32,000 nucleotides of DNA, taken from the NCBI RefSeq assembly GCF_000018785.1, contig NC_010163.1, positions 390,001 to 422,000 of the forward strand, read 5' to 3'. Below, piece after piece: positions 17,200 to 25,880 of this stretch (position 1 is the stretch's first letter; each line of letters begins with the position of its first letter). Position numbers and translations under genes: made by a program. This DNA comes from Acholeplasma laidlawii PG-8A. Lineage in GTDB: Bacteria; Bacillota_I; Bacilli_A; Acholeplasmatales; Acholeplasmataceae. The notes below the pieces were generated by a model. It did not search any database. It saw only the letters and a program-made list of their open reading frames with translations, and had not been told where the DNA came from.

Positions 17200-18705
17200 A
17201 TGGTATTAATGAAAGGTATCACCAAAAGGTTTGGTAAATTAGTTGCCAATGATTCTGTGGACTTTGAAGTTAAAAAAGGTGAAGTTCATGCACTTTTAGG
17301 GGAAAATGGTGCAGGGAAAAGTACTTTAATGTCTATTCTTTTTGGTCTATACACACAAGATGAAGGACAAATTTTTATTAATGGTGAATTGGCGCATATT
17401 AAGCATCCAAATGATGCAGCTAAATACCGTATTGGTATGGTACATCAACATTTTAAATTGGTAGAAATATTTTCTGTACTGGATAATATTATTTTGGGTT
17501 CTGAAGAAACCAAAAATTCTTTTATTGTGTATAAGAATGCGCGTAATAAAATCATGGAGATCATTGAAAAATATAATCTACAGATTGATTTAGATAAAAA
17601 GATTAGTGAATTAACCGTTGGACAGCAACAAAAAGTAGAGATTATTAAAATGCTGTACAGAGACAGCGATATTTTAATTTTTGATGAGCCTACTGCTGTT
17701 TTAACACCTCAAGAAATCAAAGAATTGATTGAGATTATTAAAAACTTTGCAAAAGAAGGTAAGGCTGTTATTTTAATTTCTCATAAATTAAACGAAATTA
17801 AAATGTCCTCTGATCGTTGTACGATTTTAAGACGTGGTAAAAAAATAGCTACACTGGATGTTAAGGATGTTACTACTGAAGAGATGGCAGAACTCATGGT
17901 AGGTAGACCTTTAATTCAAGAATATGAAAAAGGTGCATTTAACCCGAAAGAAAATATTTTAGAAGTAGAAAATCTTACGCTTCATGGTAAAGGTAAAGAT
18001 ATTCTAAAATCTATTAACTTTCATGTGAGAAGTGGTGAAATTGTAGGTATAGCAGGTATTGATGGTAATGGGCAAACAGAACTAGCAAATGCGCTGACTG
18101 GACTATCACCAATTTCATCTGGTTTAATTAGACTCAAAGATAAGGATATTTCAAGACTTAATATTCGTAAACGTTATGAGGCGGGCTTATCCCATATTCC
18201 AGAAGATAGACATAAATTCGGTTTGGTTTTGGACTTTAAATAATCTGAAAACTTAGTCTTACAAGAATACTATAAAAAGCCATACTCAAATTACGGTATT
18301 CTAAATCATGACATCATTGAAGAACATGCTAAAAAGTTAGTCGAAAACTATGATGTACGTTCATCCAATAGTATTGATACAATTGCTAGAAGCATGAGTG
18401 GTGGTAATCAACAAAAAGCCATTCTTGCTAGAGAAATCGAACGCGAACATGACTTATTATTAGCATTCCAACCAACTCGAGGTCTTGATGTTGGTGCAAT
18501 TGAAAATATTCACAAGAACCTAATTAAAGAACGTGATCGTGATCGTGGTGTTTTATTAATTAGCTATGAATTAGAAGAAATATTTAACCTATCTGACCGA
18601 ATCTTAGTCATGTATGAAGGTGAAATCACAGGTTCATTTAAAACAAGTGATATCACAGCCAATGAACTGGGACTATATATGTCAGGATCTAAAAGGAGCG
18701 TATAG
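17200..18705 (+). pseudogene. two-NBD ABC transporter ATP-binding protein of the BMP/nucleoside system, interrupted by one in-frame TAA (18241-18243)
   Basis: ORFs 17200-18243 and 18394-18705 are in the same frame. The stretch 18244-18393 is also open and reads SENLVLQEYYKKPYSNYGILNHDIIEEHAKKLVENYDVRSSNSIDTIARS. NBD1 is complete (GENGAGKST, LTVGQQQKVEI, ILIFDEPT). The NBD2 Walker A (GIDGNGQTEL) lies before the stop, while the signature MSGGNQQK and Walker B LLLAFQPTRGLD lie after it. Confidence 0.8.
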
Positions 18706-18707
18706 TT

Positions 18708-19853
18708 ATGGACAAGCAAGAAAATAAAGCAATTGTAACTTTCAAAGATAAACTACTACGCATTTTATTAAACTTATTTAATGTATTGAAACCGAGTTTA
18801 ATTTCAATTGGCGTAGGTTTAGCATTTGGGTTCATTATTATGTTAATCTTTAATCCCGGTGGTGCTTTTCCAGGTTTAATTACTTTATTAACCGGTGGAC
18901 TTGGCAGTGGTATTAAAGTTGCAGGTGACATTTTATTACATGCAGCACCGATTATCTTAACAGGGGTTGCTTTAGTAGTAGCATTTAAAACAGGCCTATT
19001 TAATATTGGGGCATCTGGTCAAATGATCGTAGCTGGTTATGTTGCTATTCATGTGGGTGTGTTATGGAATATTCCAGCACCATTTCATTGGATGGTTGCA
19101 CTATTACTAGGTACAGTTGCAGGTGCGATCTGGGGTGCAATTCCTGGTATTTTAAAGGCATTTACTAATACTAATGAAGTTGTATCAAGTATTATGCTTA
19201 ACTATATTGGTACATTCCTTGCAGTGTTTTTGATTAAAGCTAATGTTTATAACGGTGCTACAGCAAAATCTTTAAACATTCAAGCTAGTGCTGAACTTCC
19301 TAGATTAGGCGCATTATTCGGTAACTCTAAGGCAAATATTGGTATATTTATAGCAATTGCAGTAGCAGTTCTAATGTATTATGTCTTTAAGAAAACTACA
19401 CTAGGTTATGAACTTAAGGCTTCAGGATTTAACCGTGAAGCAAGTCGTTATGCAGGTATGAATGCAAAGAGAAATATCGTGTTATCTATGTTGATATCTG
19501 GTGCTATTGTAGGTTTAGGTGGTGCAATCCAGTTCCTAGTTATAGGTACAAACTTAGGTACAACATATGACTTATTACCACAAGGTTTTGATGGTATATC
19601 TGTTGCTCTATTAGGGTTAACAGAACCAATAGGTGCAGTCTTTGCAGGTACCTTCTTAAGTTATATCAGGCAAGGTGGATTCTATATGCAGGTTAATGGA
19701 TTCCCACAACAAATTATCGATATTATTATTGCAGTAATTGTATATACAACATCCATTTCTGTTGCAATTCAATTATTCTTTGCAAACTTAAAAACTAAGA
19801 GATTAATGAAGAAAGCATCAACCTCAGAAATTGAAGGAGGTATTGAACAATGA
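18708..19853 (+). CDS. ABC transporter permease (BMP/nucleoside system, first membrane subunit)
   Basis: A 381-aa polytopic protein that starts 2 nt after the ATPase stop, with an AAAGGAG RBS. The region FNIGASGQM...ASRYAGMN is typical of the family. Confidence 0.85.
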   Translation: MDKQENKAIVTFKDKLLRILLNLFNVLKPSLISIGVGLAFGFIIMLIFNPGGAFPGLITLLTGGLGSGIKVAGDILLHAAPIILTGVALVVAFKTGLFNIGASGQMIVAGYVAIHVGVLWNIPAPFHWMVALLLGTVAGAIWGAIPGILKAFTNTNEVVSSIMLNYIGTFLAVFLIKANVYNGATAKSLNIQASAELPRLGALFGNSKANIGIFIAIAVAVLMYYVFKKTTLGYELKASGFNREASRYAGMNAKRNIVLSMLISGAIVGLGGAIQFLVIGTNLGTTYDLLPQGFDGISVALLGLTEPIGAVFAGTFLSYIRQGGFYMQVNGFPQQIIDIIIAVIVYTTSISVAIQLFFANLKTKRLMKKASTSEIEGGIEQ

Positions 19854-20803
19854 CATTAATCGTACAGCTTACTTTAGTGAGTTTAGTGCCACTTTTAATT
19901 GTTGCACTAGGTGGACTCATGTCAGAAAAAAGTGGTGTTACAAACATCGCGCTAGAAGGTTTAATGTTACTTGGAGCATTTGTCGGAGTCTGGGTTATAC
20001 GTGATCTTCAAAATGCTACAAATCCACTACCTATGCAACTCATTTATCTAATTGGTATTATTGTGGGTGGTCTCGTAGGTGGTTTATTTGCGATGACGCA
20101 TGCGATTGCATCAATTAAATTTAATGCAGACCAAACAATTTCAGCAACAGCAATTAACTTATTTGCACCCGCTTTTGCAATCTATACAGCACGTAGTCTT
20201 CAAGGTGCTCAACAAATTCGTTTCTCTGCAGCATTTAGAATTGATAAGGTACCATTTTTAGGGGATATTCCTATTATTGGTGAATGGTTCTTCCAAAAAA
20301 CTTATATTAGTTTATTTATTGCAGCTGGTATCTTGGCATTTGTATGGATCTTACTGTACAAAACAAAATCAGGTTTAAGAATTAGAGCTGTTGGTGAAAA
20401 CCCACAAGCAGCAGATGCTCAAGGTATTAACATCTATAAAATTAGATATCTATCTGTATTTGCATCAGGTATCTTAGCTGGTATCGGTGGCGTTATCTTC
20501 GTTGTTACAACCTCTGCATCTTTTGATGCAACTGTTGCAGGTATGGGGTTCTTGGCAATTGCCGTTCTTATTTTTGGTAACTGGCATCCAGGTAGAATCT
20601 TACTTTCAGCAATCGTATTTGGATTCTTTAGAACGATTGCAAGTGCATACTCAGCGATTGGTTTCTTAAGAGATTTAGACTTAGATACAGAAATTTATCA
20701 AATGATACCTTTTGTCATTACATTGATTGTTCTAGCGATAACTTCTAGAAACTCTAGAGCACCTAAAGCAATCGGTCAAATTTATGAAATGGGTAAACGA
20801 TAG
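19850..20803 (+). CDS. ABC transporter permease (BMP/nucleoside system, second membrane subunit)
   Basis: A 317-aa polytopic protein with an ATGA overlap with the previous permease. SGVTNIALEGLML and RAVGENPQAADAQGIN are typical of the family. Confidence 0.85.
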   Translation: MTLIVQLTLVSLVPLLIVALGGLMSEKSGVTNIALEGLMLLGAFVGVWVIRDLQNATNPLPMQLIYLIGIIVGGLVGGLFAMTHAIASIKFNADQTISATAINLFAPAFAIYTARSLQGAQQIRFSAAFRIDKVPFLGDIPIIGEWFFQKTYISLFIAAGILAFVWILLYKTKSGLRIRAVGENPQAADAQGINIYKIRYLSVFASGILAGIGGVIFVVTTSASFDATVAGMGFLAIAVLIFGNWHPGRILLSAIVFGFFRTIASAYSAIGFLRDLDLDTEIYQMIPFVITLIVLAITSRNSRAPKAIGQIYEMGKR

Positions 20804-20815
20804 TTTATAAAACTC

Positions 20816-20856
20816 GCGTATAACTTGTCTTATTTAGATGAGTTATACGCATTATT
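20816..20856 (+). terminator. terminator hairpin after the ABC operon
   Basis: A perfect 10-bp stem, GCGTATAACT (20816-20825) with AGTTATACGC (20841-20850), has a 15-nt loop and is followed by ATTATTT. Confidence 0.5.
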
Positions 20857-20909
20857 TATATAGGCCCAAAGGTACATGGATTTGATAGCATTTACATTGG
20901 TTTTCATAG

Positions 20910-20937
20910 TTGACTTATCCTTCAAACTACTTAAAAT
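20910..20937 (+). promoter_or_regulatory. sigma-70-type promoter TTGACT-16-TAAAAT for the deoxynucleoside kinase gene
   Basis: TTGACT lies at 20910-20915 and TAAAAT at 20932-20937. The predicted transcription start falls at or after the GTG at 20943, which argues against that start. Confidence 0.5.
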
Positions 20938-20960
20938 AGTAAGTGAAGGAAGTGATGTAT

Positions 20961-21614
20961 ATGTTAATAGTTATTGGTGGCATGATTGGTTTAGGAAAAA
21001 CCTCAGTTGGGGAAGCACTGGCCGAAGAATTTAATGGAAAAATGTATTATGAAAGCGTAGATGATAATCCCATTCTACCTCTTTATTACACTGCAACAGA
21101 AGAAGAAACTCAAAAGAAACGTTATCCTTTTTTATTACAACTTTGGTTTTTGAATTCTAGATTTAAAGCACTTAAAGATGCAGCAAATCACGCTACAGAA
21201 GGTTTTTCAATTGTAGATAGATCCATTTATGAAGATTGGTATTTTGCAAAGATAAACCATGATCTAGAAAGAATGAATGACTTAGAGTTTTCTATCTACA
21301 AGGAATTACTAGATAATATGATGGAAGAAATCCAAGGGTTACCTAAAAAAGCTCCAGATTTGATGATCTATTTAAAAGGGTCTTTTCAATCAGTCATTGA
21401 TAGAATCCAAAATAGAGGTCGTGCATTTGAATTAGATGAAGGTCTAAAAAGTTATTATGAACTTCTTTGGAAAGGTTATGATGCTTGGTTAGAACATCAC
21501 TATAGACATAGTAAAGTATATATTCTAGATACAGATAAATATAATGTAGTACATAATTTAGAACATCGTCAGATTGTATTTAATGAGATTAGAAGTATCT
21601 TAGACATCAAATAA
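20961..21614 (+). CDS. deoxynucleoside kinase (dAK/dGK/dCK family)
   Basis: I preferred the ATG at 20961, which lies 8 nt after an AAGGAAG RBS. The ORF track starts at GTG 20943. The P-loop IGGMIGLGKTS, DRSIYED and the LID region IQNRGRAFE are present. Confidence 0.82.
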   Translation: MLIVIGGMIGLGKTSVGEALAEEFNGKMYYESVDDNPILPLYYTATEEETQKKRYPFLLQLWFLNSRFKALKDAANHATEGFSIVDRSIYEDWYFAKINHDLERMNDLEFSIYKELLDNMMEEIQGLPKKAPDLMIYLKGSFQSVIDRIQNRGRAFELDEGLKSYYELLWKGYDAWLEHHYRHSKVYILDTDKYNVVHNLEHRQIVFNEIRSILDIK

Positions 21615-21623
21615 AACATATAA

Positions 21624-21674
21624 CAGAGGTAACTAGTTCATGTTCAACCATGAAGTAGGTATCGCTGTTTTTTT
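21624..21674 (+). terminator. Rho-independent terminator after the deoxynucleoside kinase gene
   Basis: The 19-nt arms 21624-21642 and 21649-21667 form 15 Watson-Crick pairs, one G-U pair and 3 mismatches. The loop is 6 nt and a T7 run follows at 21668-21674. Confidence 0.65.
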
Positions 21675-21703
21675 ATACAAAAATACATGATAAAATAAAT
21701 TAT

Positions 21704-21740
21704 ACCAATAAAACATGGACTTAGATTGTATATTAAGTGC
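21704..21740 (+). promoter_or_regulatory. bipartite motif ACCAATAAAA-N12-TTGTATATTAAGTGC, copy 1 (candidate autoregulated ECF-sigma promoter)
   Basis: It exactly matches the motif at 23337-23373, with the same 12-nt spacer length. It abuts the GAGGAGA RBS of the sigma gene. The -35-position element is unlike TTGACA. Confidence 0.6.
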
Positions 21741-21750
21741 GAGGAGAGTT

Positions 21751-22263
21751 ATGGATCAAATACATGAGATCATAGAAGAGTTAAGGCAAAAAGACTATAA
21801 ATCATTTGATACATTCTACAACTTGACAAAGAATCAGGTTTTTTACGCAATCATAAATATTGTTAAAGATAAAGATCTGGCTCACGATATAATGCAAGAT
21901 ACATATATTAAATTTCTTGAAAAGATTGACCAATATAAGTCAGGTGCCAATCCATACGCATACATCTCAATGATAGGTAGAAATCTAGCGATTAATACTT
22001 ATAATAGGCAAAAAAGATTAATTAAGTCAGATGAGCTATTAGAGTCTATTCCTGCAGATAAAGAAGTAGAAAATGATGAAGATATATTTAAGATCCTGAA
22101 TTTACTAAATGATGATGAGAAAGAAGTTGTAACACTTCACGTCATTAATGATTTAAAATTTAAAGAAATAGCAAAAATTATGGAAAAACCACTAGGTACT
22201 GTCTTATGGATTTACAATAAGGCAATAAAGAAACTAAAGGATAAGGTAGGTGATGTCTTATGA
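21751..22263 (+). CDS. ECF-type (group 4) RNA polymerase sigma-70 family factor
   Basis: I preferred the ATG at 21751, after a GAGGAGA RBS at 21741-21747. The ORF track starts at 21715. Region 2 (DLAHDIMQDTYIKFLEKIDQY, PYAYISMIGRNLAINTYNRQKR) and the region 4.2 HTH (LKFKEIAKIMEKPLGTVLWIYNKAIKKLK) are present. There is no region 3. Confidence 0.85.
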   Translation: MDQIHEIIEELRQKDYKSFDTFYNLTKNQVFYAIINIVKDKDLAHDIMQDTYIKFLEKIDQYKSGANPYAYISMIGRNLAINTYNRQKRLIKSDELLESIPADKEVENDEDIFKILNLLNDDEKEVVTLHVINDLKFKEIAKIMEKPLGTVLWIYNKAIKKLKDKVGDVL

Positions 22264-23312
22264 AGAAAAATGAAGTAATCAATTTAATCAAAACTAAAGC
22301 CCAAGAAGTAGAGATTAAGGATTTAACTTCCAATATCTTAGAACGCGTTAAAAATATTTCTTATGAAGAAGAAGTTAAACCGCTACCTAAGTTTAGATTT
22401 AGACCTAGACTCGCATTTAGTGCATCTTTATTATCCTTGTTTCTAGTATTTATCTTTTCACTATTTATCTACCCTGAAATGACTAATCAAAATGTAGCAC
22501 CACAATTTGAAAATATGGAAAATGTTTTGATGTTTTCATCAATATCAACTTCTACATTATTAGATACATCAAATACATCTGACCTCTCCACTTATCTGTA
22601 TGACTTAAATGGTAGAAATAATAATGAAAATCAAAATAAAATAGATGATGAACTAACAGAACTTACTAAATATTTTGGAGTTATGGAAAAACTTTTTGCA
22701 AGTAAACATAACTTTGAGTTAAAAGTAGATGCAGCTAAAGCTGGATATGGTGAGTCTATGAGATTTAAGACTAAAGATTTCTTAAATGAAGAGACACAGT
22801 ATGAAATGAACTTAAACCAAAATTATGATGAGACATCTCATCAATACAACATTGATGGTGAACTTATTATAGGATCTTTGAACTATCAAGTACGTGGTAA
22901 GAGTTTAGATAAAAGATTAGAAACAAGAACCTCAATTGATGATCAAAACTATATGGATATGAATTATGAATTAATTGATGAAAAACATCACTTTGACTTA
23001 CTTCAAACTAAAGAGGGTATCCTTATAGAGGATGTTACACTAATCATTGAAGAAATAGATAATAAAAGAATTGTTGAATTATATATTAATAAAGATCAAG
23101 GTATATTAAGTTATACATTTGAAATGTCCATAGAATCCAATAATCGTGTATTAAAGGTAAATTATTTACTCGGTGATGAATCACTTGAAAGCGGAGAACT
23201 ATTAATTAGAATCAGACAAAATCAAGGCGAAAATATTTATTCAGTACTAGTTAAGCCAGATAATGGTATCCCTTATCAAATTAATAAGGGTAGAAAATCA
23301 CCACAAAAATAA
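22260..23312 (+). CDS. single-pass membrane protein, putative cognate anti-sigma factor (non-ZAS)
   Basis: It has an ATGA overlap with the sigma gene. About 58 aa are cytoplasmic, followed by one TM segment (LAFSASLLSLFLVFIFSLFIY) and about 270 aa of N/D/E-rich extracytoplasmic sequence. There is no His/Cys zinc motif. The assignment rests on position and topology only. Confidence 0.5.
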   Translation: MKKNEVINLIKTKAQEVEIKDLTSNILERVKNISYEEEVKPLPKFRFRPRLAFSASLLSLFLVFIFSLFIYPEMTNQNVAPQFENMENVLMFSSISTSTLLDTSNTSDLSTYLYDLNGRNNNENQNKIDDELTELTKYFGVMEKLFASKHNFELKVDAAKAGYGESMRFKTKDFLNEETQYEMNLNQNYDETSHQYNIDGELIIGSLNYQVRGKSLDKRLETRTSIDDQNYMDMNYELIDEKHHFDLLQTKEGILIEDVTLIIEEIDNKRIVELYINKDQGILSYTFEMSIESNNRVLKVNYLLGDESLESGELLIRIRQNQGENIYSVLVKPDNGIPYQINKGRKSPQK

Positions 23313-23336
23313 AAAAATAAAAAAAATTACAAAATC

Positions 23337-23373
23337 ACCAATAAAATCAATGCCTCGTTTGTATATTAAGTGC
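23337..23373 (+). promoter_or_regulatory. bipartite motif ACCAATAAAA-N12-TTGTATATTAAGTGC, copy 2
   Basis: It is identical to copy 1 in both conserved blocks and in spacing. An A-tract precedes it at 23305-23328. The AAAGGAGG RBS of the 310-aa gene follows it directly. Confidence 0.6.
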
Positions 23374-23389
23374 AAAGGAGGCATTTAGT

Positions 23390-24322
23390 ATGAAAAAAGG
23401 ACTAGCTATACTATTTGTAGTAACATCAATTATCGCGGTATTTGCATTTTTACCAAGAGCAAATGCAACTGATACATATGTGACACTGGATATTAATCCA
23501 AGTGTAGAATTAATCGTAACACCAGGTGATCGAGTTATTTATGCCAATGCATTAAATGAAGACGGTGTTGTATTACTAGCTGATTTAGAGTTAGTTGGTA
23601 AGAAAATTGACGTGGCAGTTACCTTAATCATCGATAAGTCCATTGAATTAGGATTTATTGTTGAGGGTGATGATGAAACTATCGTATCAGTTTCAACCAT
23701 ATCTGAAAATAATAAAATGGGTGAACTCATGAAAGAAAAAATTAAGACACGTATTAATGGTGCCTTAAATGATAAAAAAGTTCATGGTCATGCAGAAGAT
23801 AAACCAGACAACGGTTATCAACCATCATTTATTTTAGAAGCTAGATTACATAATGTATCACCGGGTTACCTATTCTTGGCTAAAAAAGCTGTGTATGTTG
23901 ATGGTGAATTAACACTTGAAGCTGCACTTGAAATGAATGTAAGTGATTTACAAACAATCATTCGAGAGGCTTTTGTAGCACAAAAAGAAGTAATTAGTGA
24001 TGCACGTGAAGTATTCTTAACTGCTAAAGCAGAACTTATCAACACCTACAAACCACAATTTGAAGCGTTTGAAACTCAAATTGCTGACTTAACAGCTCAA
24101 ATTGAAGCTACTGAAGATGAAACTGAAAAAGCAAATTTAGAAGCATCATTAGCTATAGTTGTTGATGATTATGAAACTTTAAGATTAGAATTTAAAACTG
24201 AACTTGAAGTGATTAAAGATGCATTTGTTGAAGAAATCATAAATCTAAAAGACGCACTTAAACTATTTAGATTTGGTTTTAGATTCAAGCATGGATCAAG
24301 CGTAGAATTTAACCGTCCATAA
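23390..24322 (+). CDS. exported or membrane-anchored protein with an RsgI-juxtamembrane (SEA-like) type domain and a C-terminal coiled coil
   Basis: A signal or anchor sequence is present (MKKGLAILFVVTSIIAVFAFLPRANA-TD). It is followed by YVTLDINPSVELIVTPGDRVIYANALNEDG, which parallels B. subtilis RsgI YMTIDINPSVEMALNSDYEVIELTPLNDEG (recalled from memory). The C-terminal ~130 aa are rich in heptad-like E/K/L/A repeats. Confidence 0.6.
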   Translation: MKKGLAILFVVTSIIAVFAFLPRANATDTYVTLDINPSVELIVTPGDRVIYANALNEDGVVLLADLELVGKKIDVAVTLIIDKSIELGFIVEGDDETIVSVSTISENNKMGELMKEKIKTRINGALNDKKVHGHAEDKPDNGYQPSFILEARLHNVSPGYLFLAKKAVYVDGELTLEAALEMNVSDLQTIIREAFVAQKEVISDAREVFLTAKAELINTYKPQFEAFETQIADLTAQIEATEDETEKANLEASLAIVVDDYETLRLEFKTELEVIKDAFVEEIINLKDALKLFRFGFRFKHGSSVEFNRP

Positions 24323-24375
24323 CTCTCCCTATTTATGGCATGAAACATCTTGCTATCTTCCAACAGGTAGCCAAA

Positions 24376-24424
24376 TAAAAAAGGAAACCAAGTTTTCAAT
24401 CCCCTAACTTGGTTTCCTTTTTTT
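24376..24424. terminator. bidirectional Rho-independent terminator between the sigma module and gcvPB
   Basis: A perfect 14-bp stem, AAGGAAACCAAGTT (24381-24394) with AACTTGGTTTCCTT (24406-24419), is flanked by an A-run upstream and a T-run downstream. Confidence 0.8.
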
Positions 24425-25880
24425 ATATGTGAGATAAATCTTTAAATTTTACAAGTGGATTTCTTGCAGCTTTTGCTTCATCAAGGCGTCTAACCACAGT
24501 ATGGTGTGGCGCATTTTTAATGAATTCAGGTTTTGTAATCGCATCATTTGCAATCGTTTTCATCGTATCAATGAAGTGATCTAGCGTTTCTAAACTTTCC
24601 ACTTCAGTAGGTTCAATCATGAGTGATTGACTAAATGTAAGTGGGAAATATATGGTTGGAGCATGTATACCATAATCAAGAAGGCGCTTTGCAACATCTA
24701 GTGTTTTAATGTCAGTTGACTGATCAATTAAGCCGTCAAAGACAAATTCATGCATTGCGTGTGCCTTAATAGGTAATTTAAATAAGTGTTTTAAGCTTTC
24801 TTTAATATAGTTTGCATTTAACGTAGCAAGTGGACCAATTTTACCTAGATATTCTTCACCAAGCGTTCTAATATATACATATGCTCTTAAATAAACAGAA
24901 GCATTTCCGTAAAAGGCTGATAAAGCACCGATTGTTTCTTTAGGTGTTTCAAAATGATATGTACTACCTTCTTTATAGACGACAGGACCTGGTAAATAAT
25001 CTTTTAAGAAGTCTTTAACACCAACTGGACCTGAACCTGGTCCACCACCACCGTGTGGTGTAGAAAAGGTTTTATGTAAGTTTAAGTGTGTAATATCAAA
25101 GCCCATATCACCAGGACGAGCAATACCTAATAAAGCATTAAGGTTTGCACCATCATAGTAGAGTAATCCACCACAATCATGGATAAGGTCTGCAACTTCT
25201 AAAATATCTTTTTCAAACATACCTACTGTGTTAGGATTTGTTAACATTAAACCAGCAACGGTATCATCTAAAGCTTCCTTTAAGGATTCAACATTAATTG
25301 TACCATCTAAATTAGATTTGACTTCAACAACATCAAATCCAGCAACCGTAGCAGAAGCAGGGTTTGTACCATGTGCAGAATCAGGAACAATGATTTTATT
25401 ACGTTTTAAGTCACCTCTATCATGGTGATACTTCTTGATAATCATTAAGCCTGCAAGTTCACCTTGTGCACCCGCATAAGTATTTAATGAATAAGCATCC
25501 ATACCAGTGATTTTGGATAAGTAACTACCAAGTTCAAAGTAAACTTGTAAGAAACCTTGGGACACATGATTTGGTTGGAGTGGGTGTATTTGTGAAAACC
25601 CAGGTAAAGTAGCAATTTCATCGTTTATTTTAGGATTATACTTCATCGTACATGAACCTAAAGGATAAAACCCAGTTTCAACACCAAAGTTTTTAAGAGA
25701 GACATTGGTATAGTGTCTTACGACATCAAGCTCTGTAACTTCTGGTAACTCGGCTGCGTCACTTCTTAATAACTCTTTTGGTAATTTAACTTGAGGAAAA
25801 CTATCTTTTGGTAAGTTATGGCCAATACGTCCAGGTTTGGAGATTTCAAATATTAATTTGTCATAGTATTTTGCTTTCAT
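24423..25880 (-). CDS. gcvPB: glycine dehydrogenase (decarboxylating) subunit 2
   Basis: 485 aa. The PLP-lysine region NLHKTFSTPHGGGGPG and the typical MKYNPK motif are present. It has an ATGA overlap with gcvPA. Confidence 0.92.
   Translation of the reverse strand: MKAKYYDKLIFEISKPGRIGHNLPKDSFPQVKLPKELLRSDAAELPEVTELDVVRHYTNVSLKNFGVETGFYPLGSCTMKYNPKINDEIATLPGFSQIHPLQPNHVSQGFLQVYFELGSYLSKITGMDAYSLNTYAGAQGELAGLMIIKKYHHDRGDLKRNKIIVPDSAHGTNPASATVAGFDVVEVKSNLDGTINVESLKEALDDTVAGLMLTNPNTVGMFEKDILEVADLIHDCGGLLYYDGANLNALLGIARPGDMGFDITHLNLHKTFSTPHGGGGPGSGPVGVKDFLKDYLPGPVVYKEGSTYHFETPKETIGALSAFYGNASVYLRAYVYIRTLGEEYLGKIGPLATLNANYIKESLKHLFKLPIKAHAMHEFVFDGLIDQSTDIKTLDVAKRLLDYGIHAPTIYFPLTFSQSLMIEPTEVESLETLDHFIDTMKTIANDAITKPEFIKNAPHHTVVRRLDEAKAARNPLVKFKDLSHI

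Noticed and set aside
23305-23328. A-rich tract AAAAATAAAAAAATAAAAAAAATT as a tandem repeat
   Set aside because: It is low-complexity A-tract sequence immediately after the stop codon. It is more simply read as an UP-element-like region for the second sigma-motif promoter than as a structured repeat.
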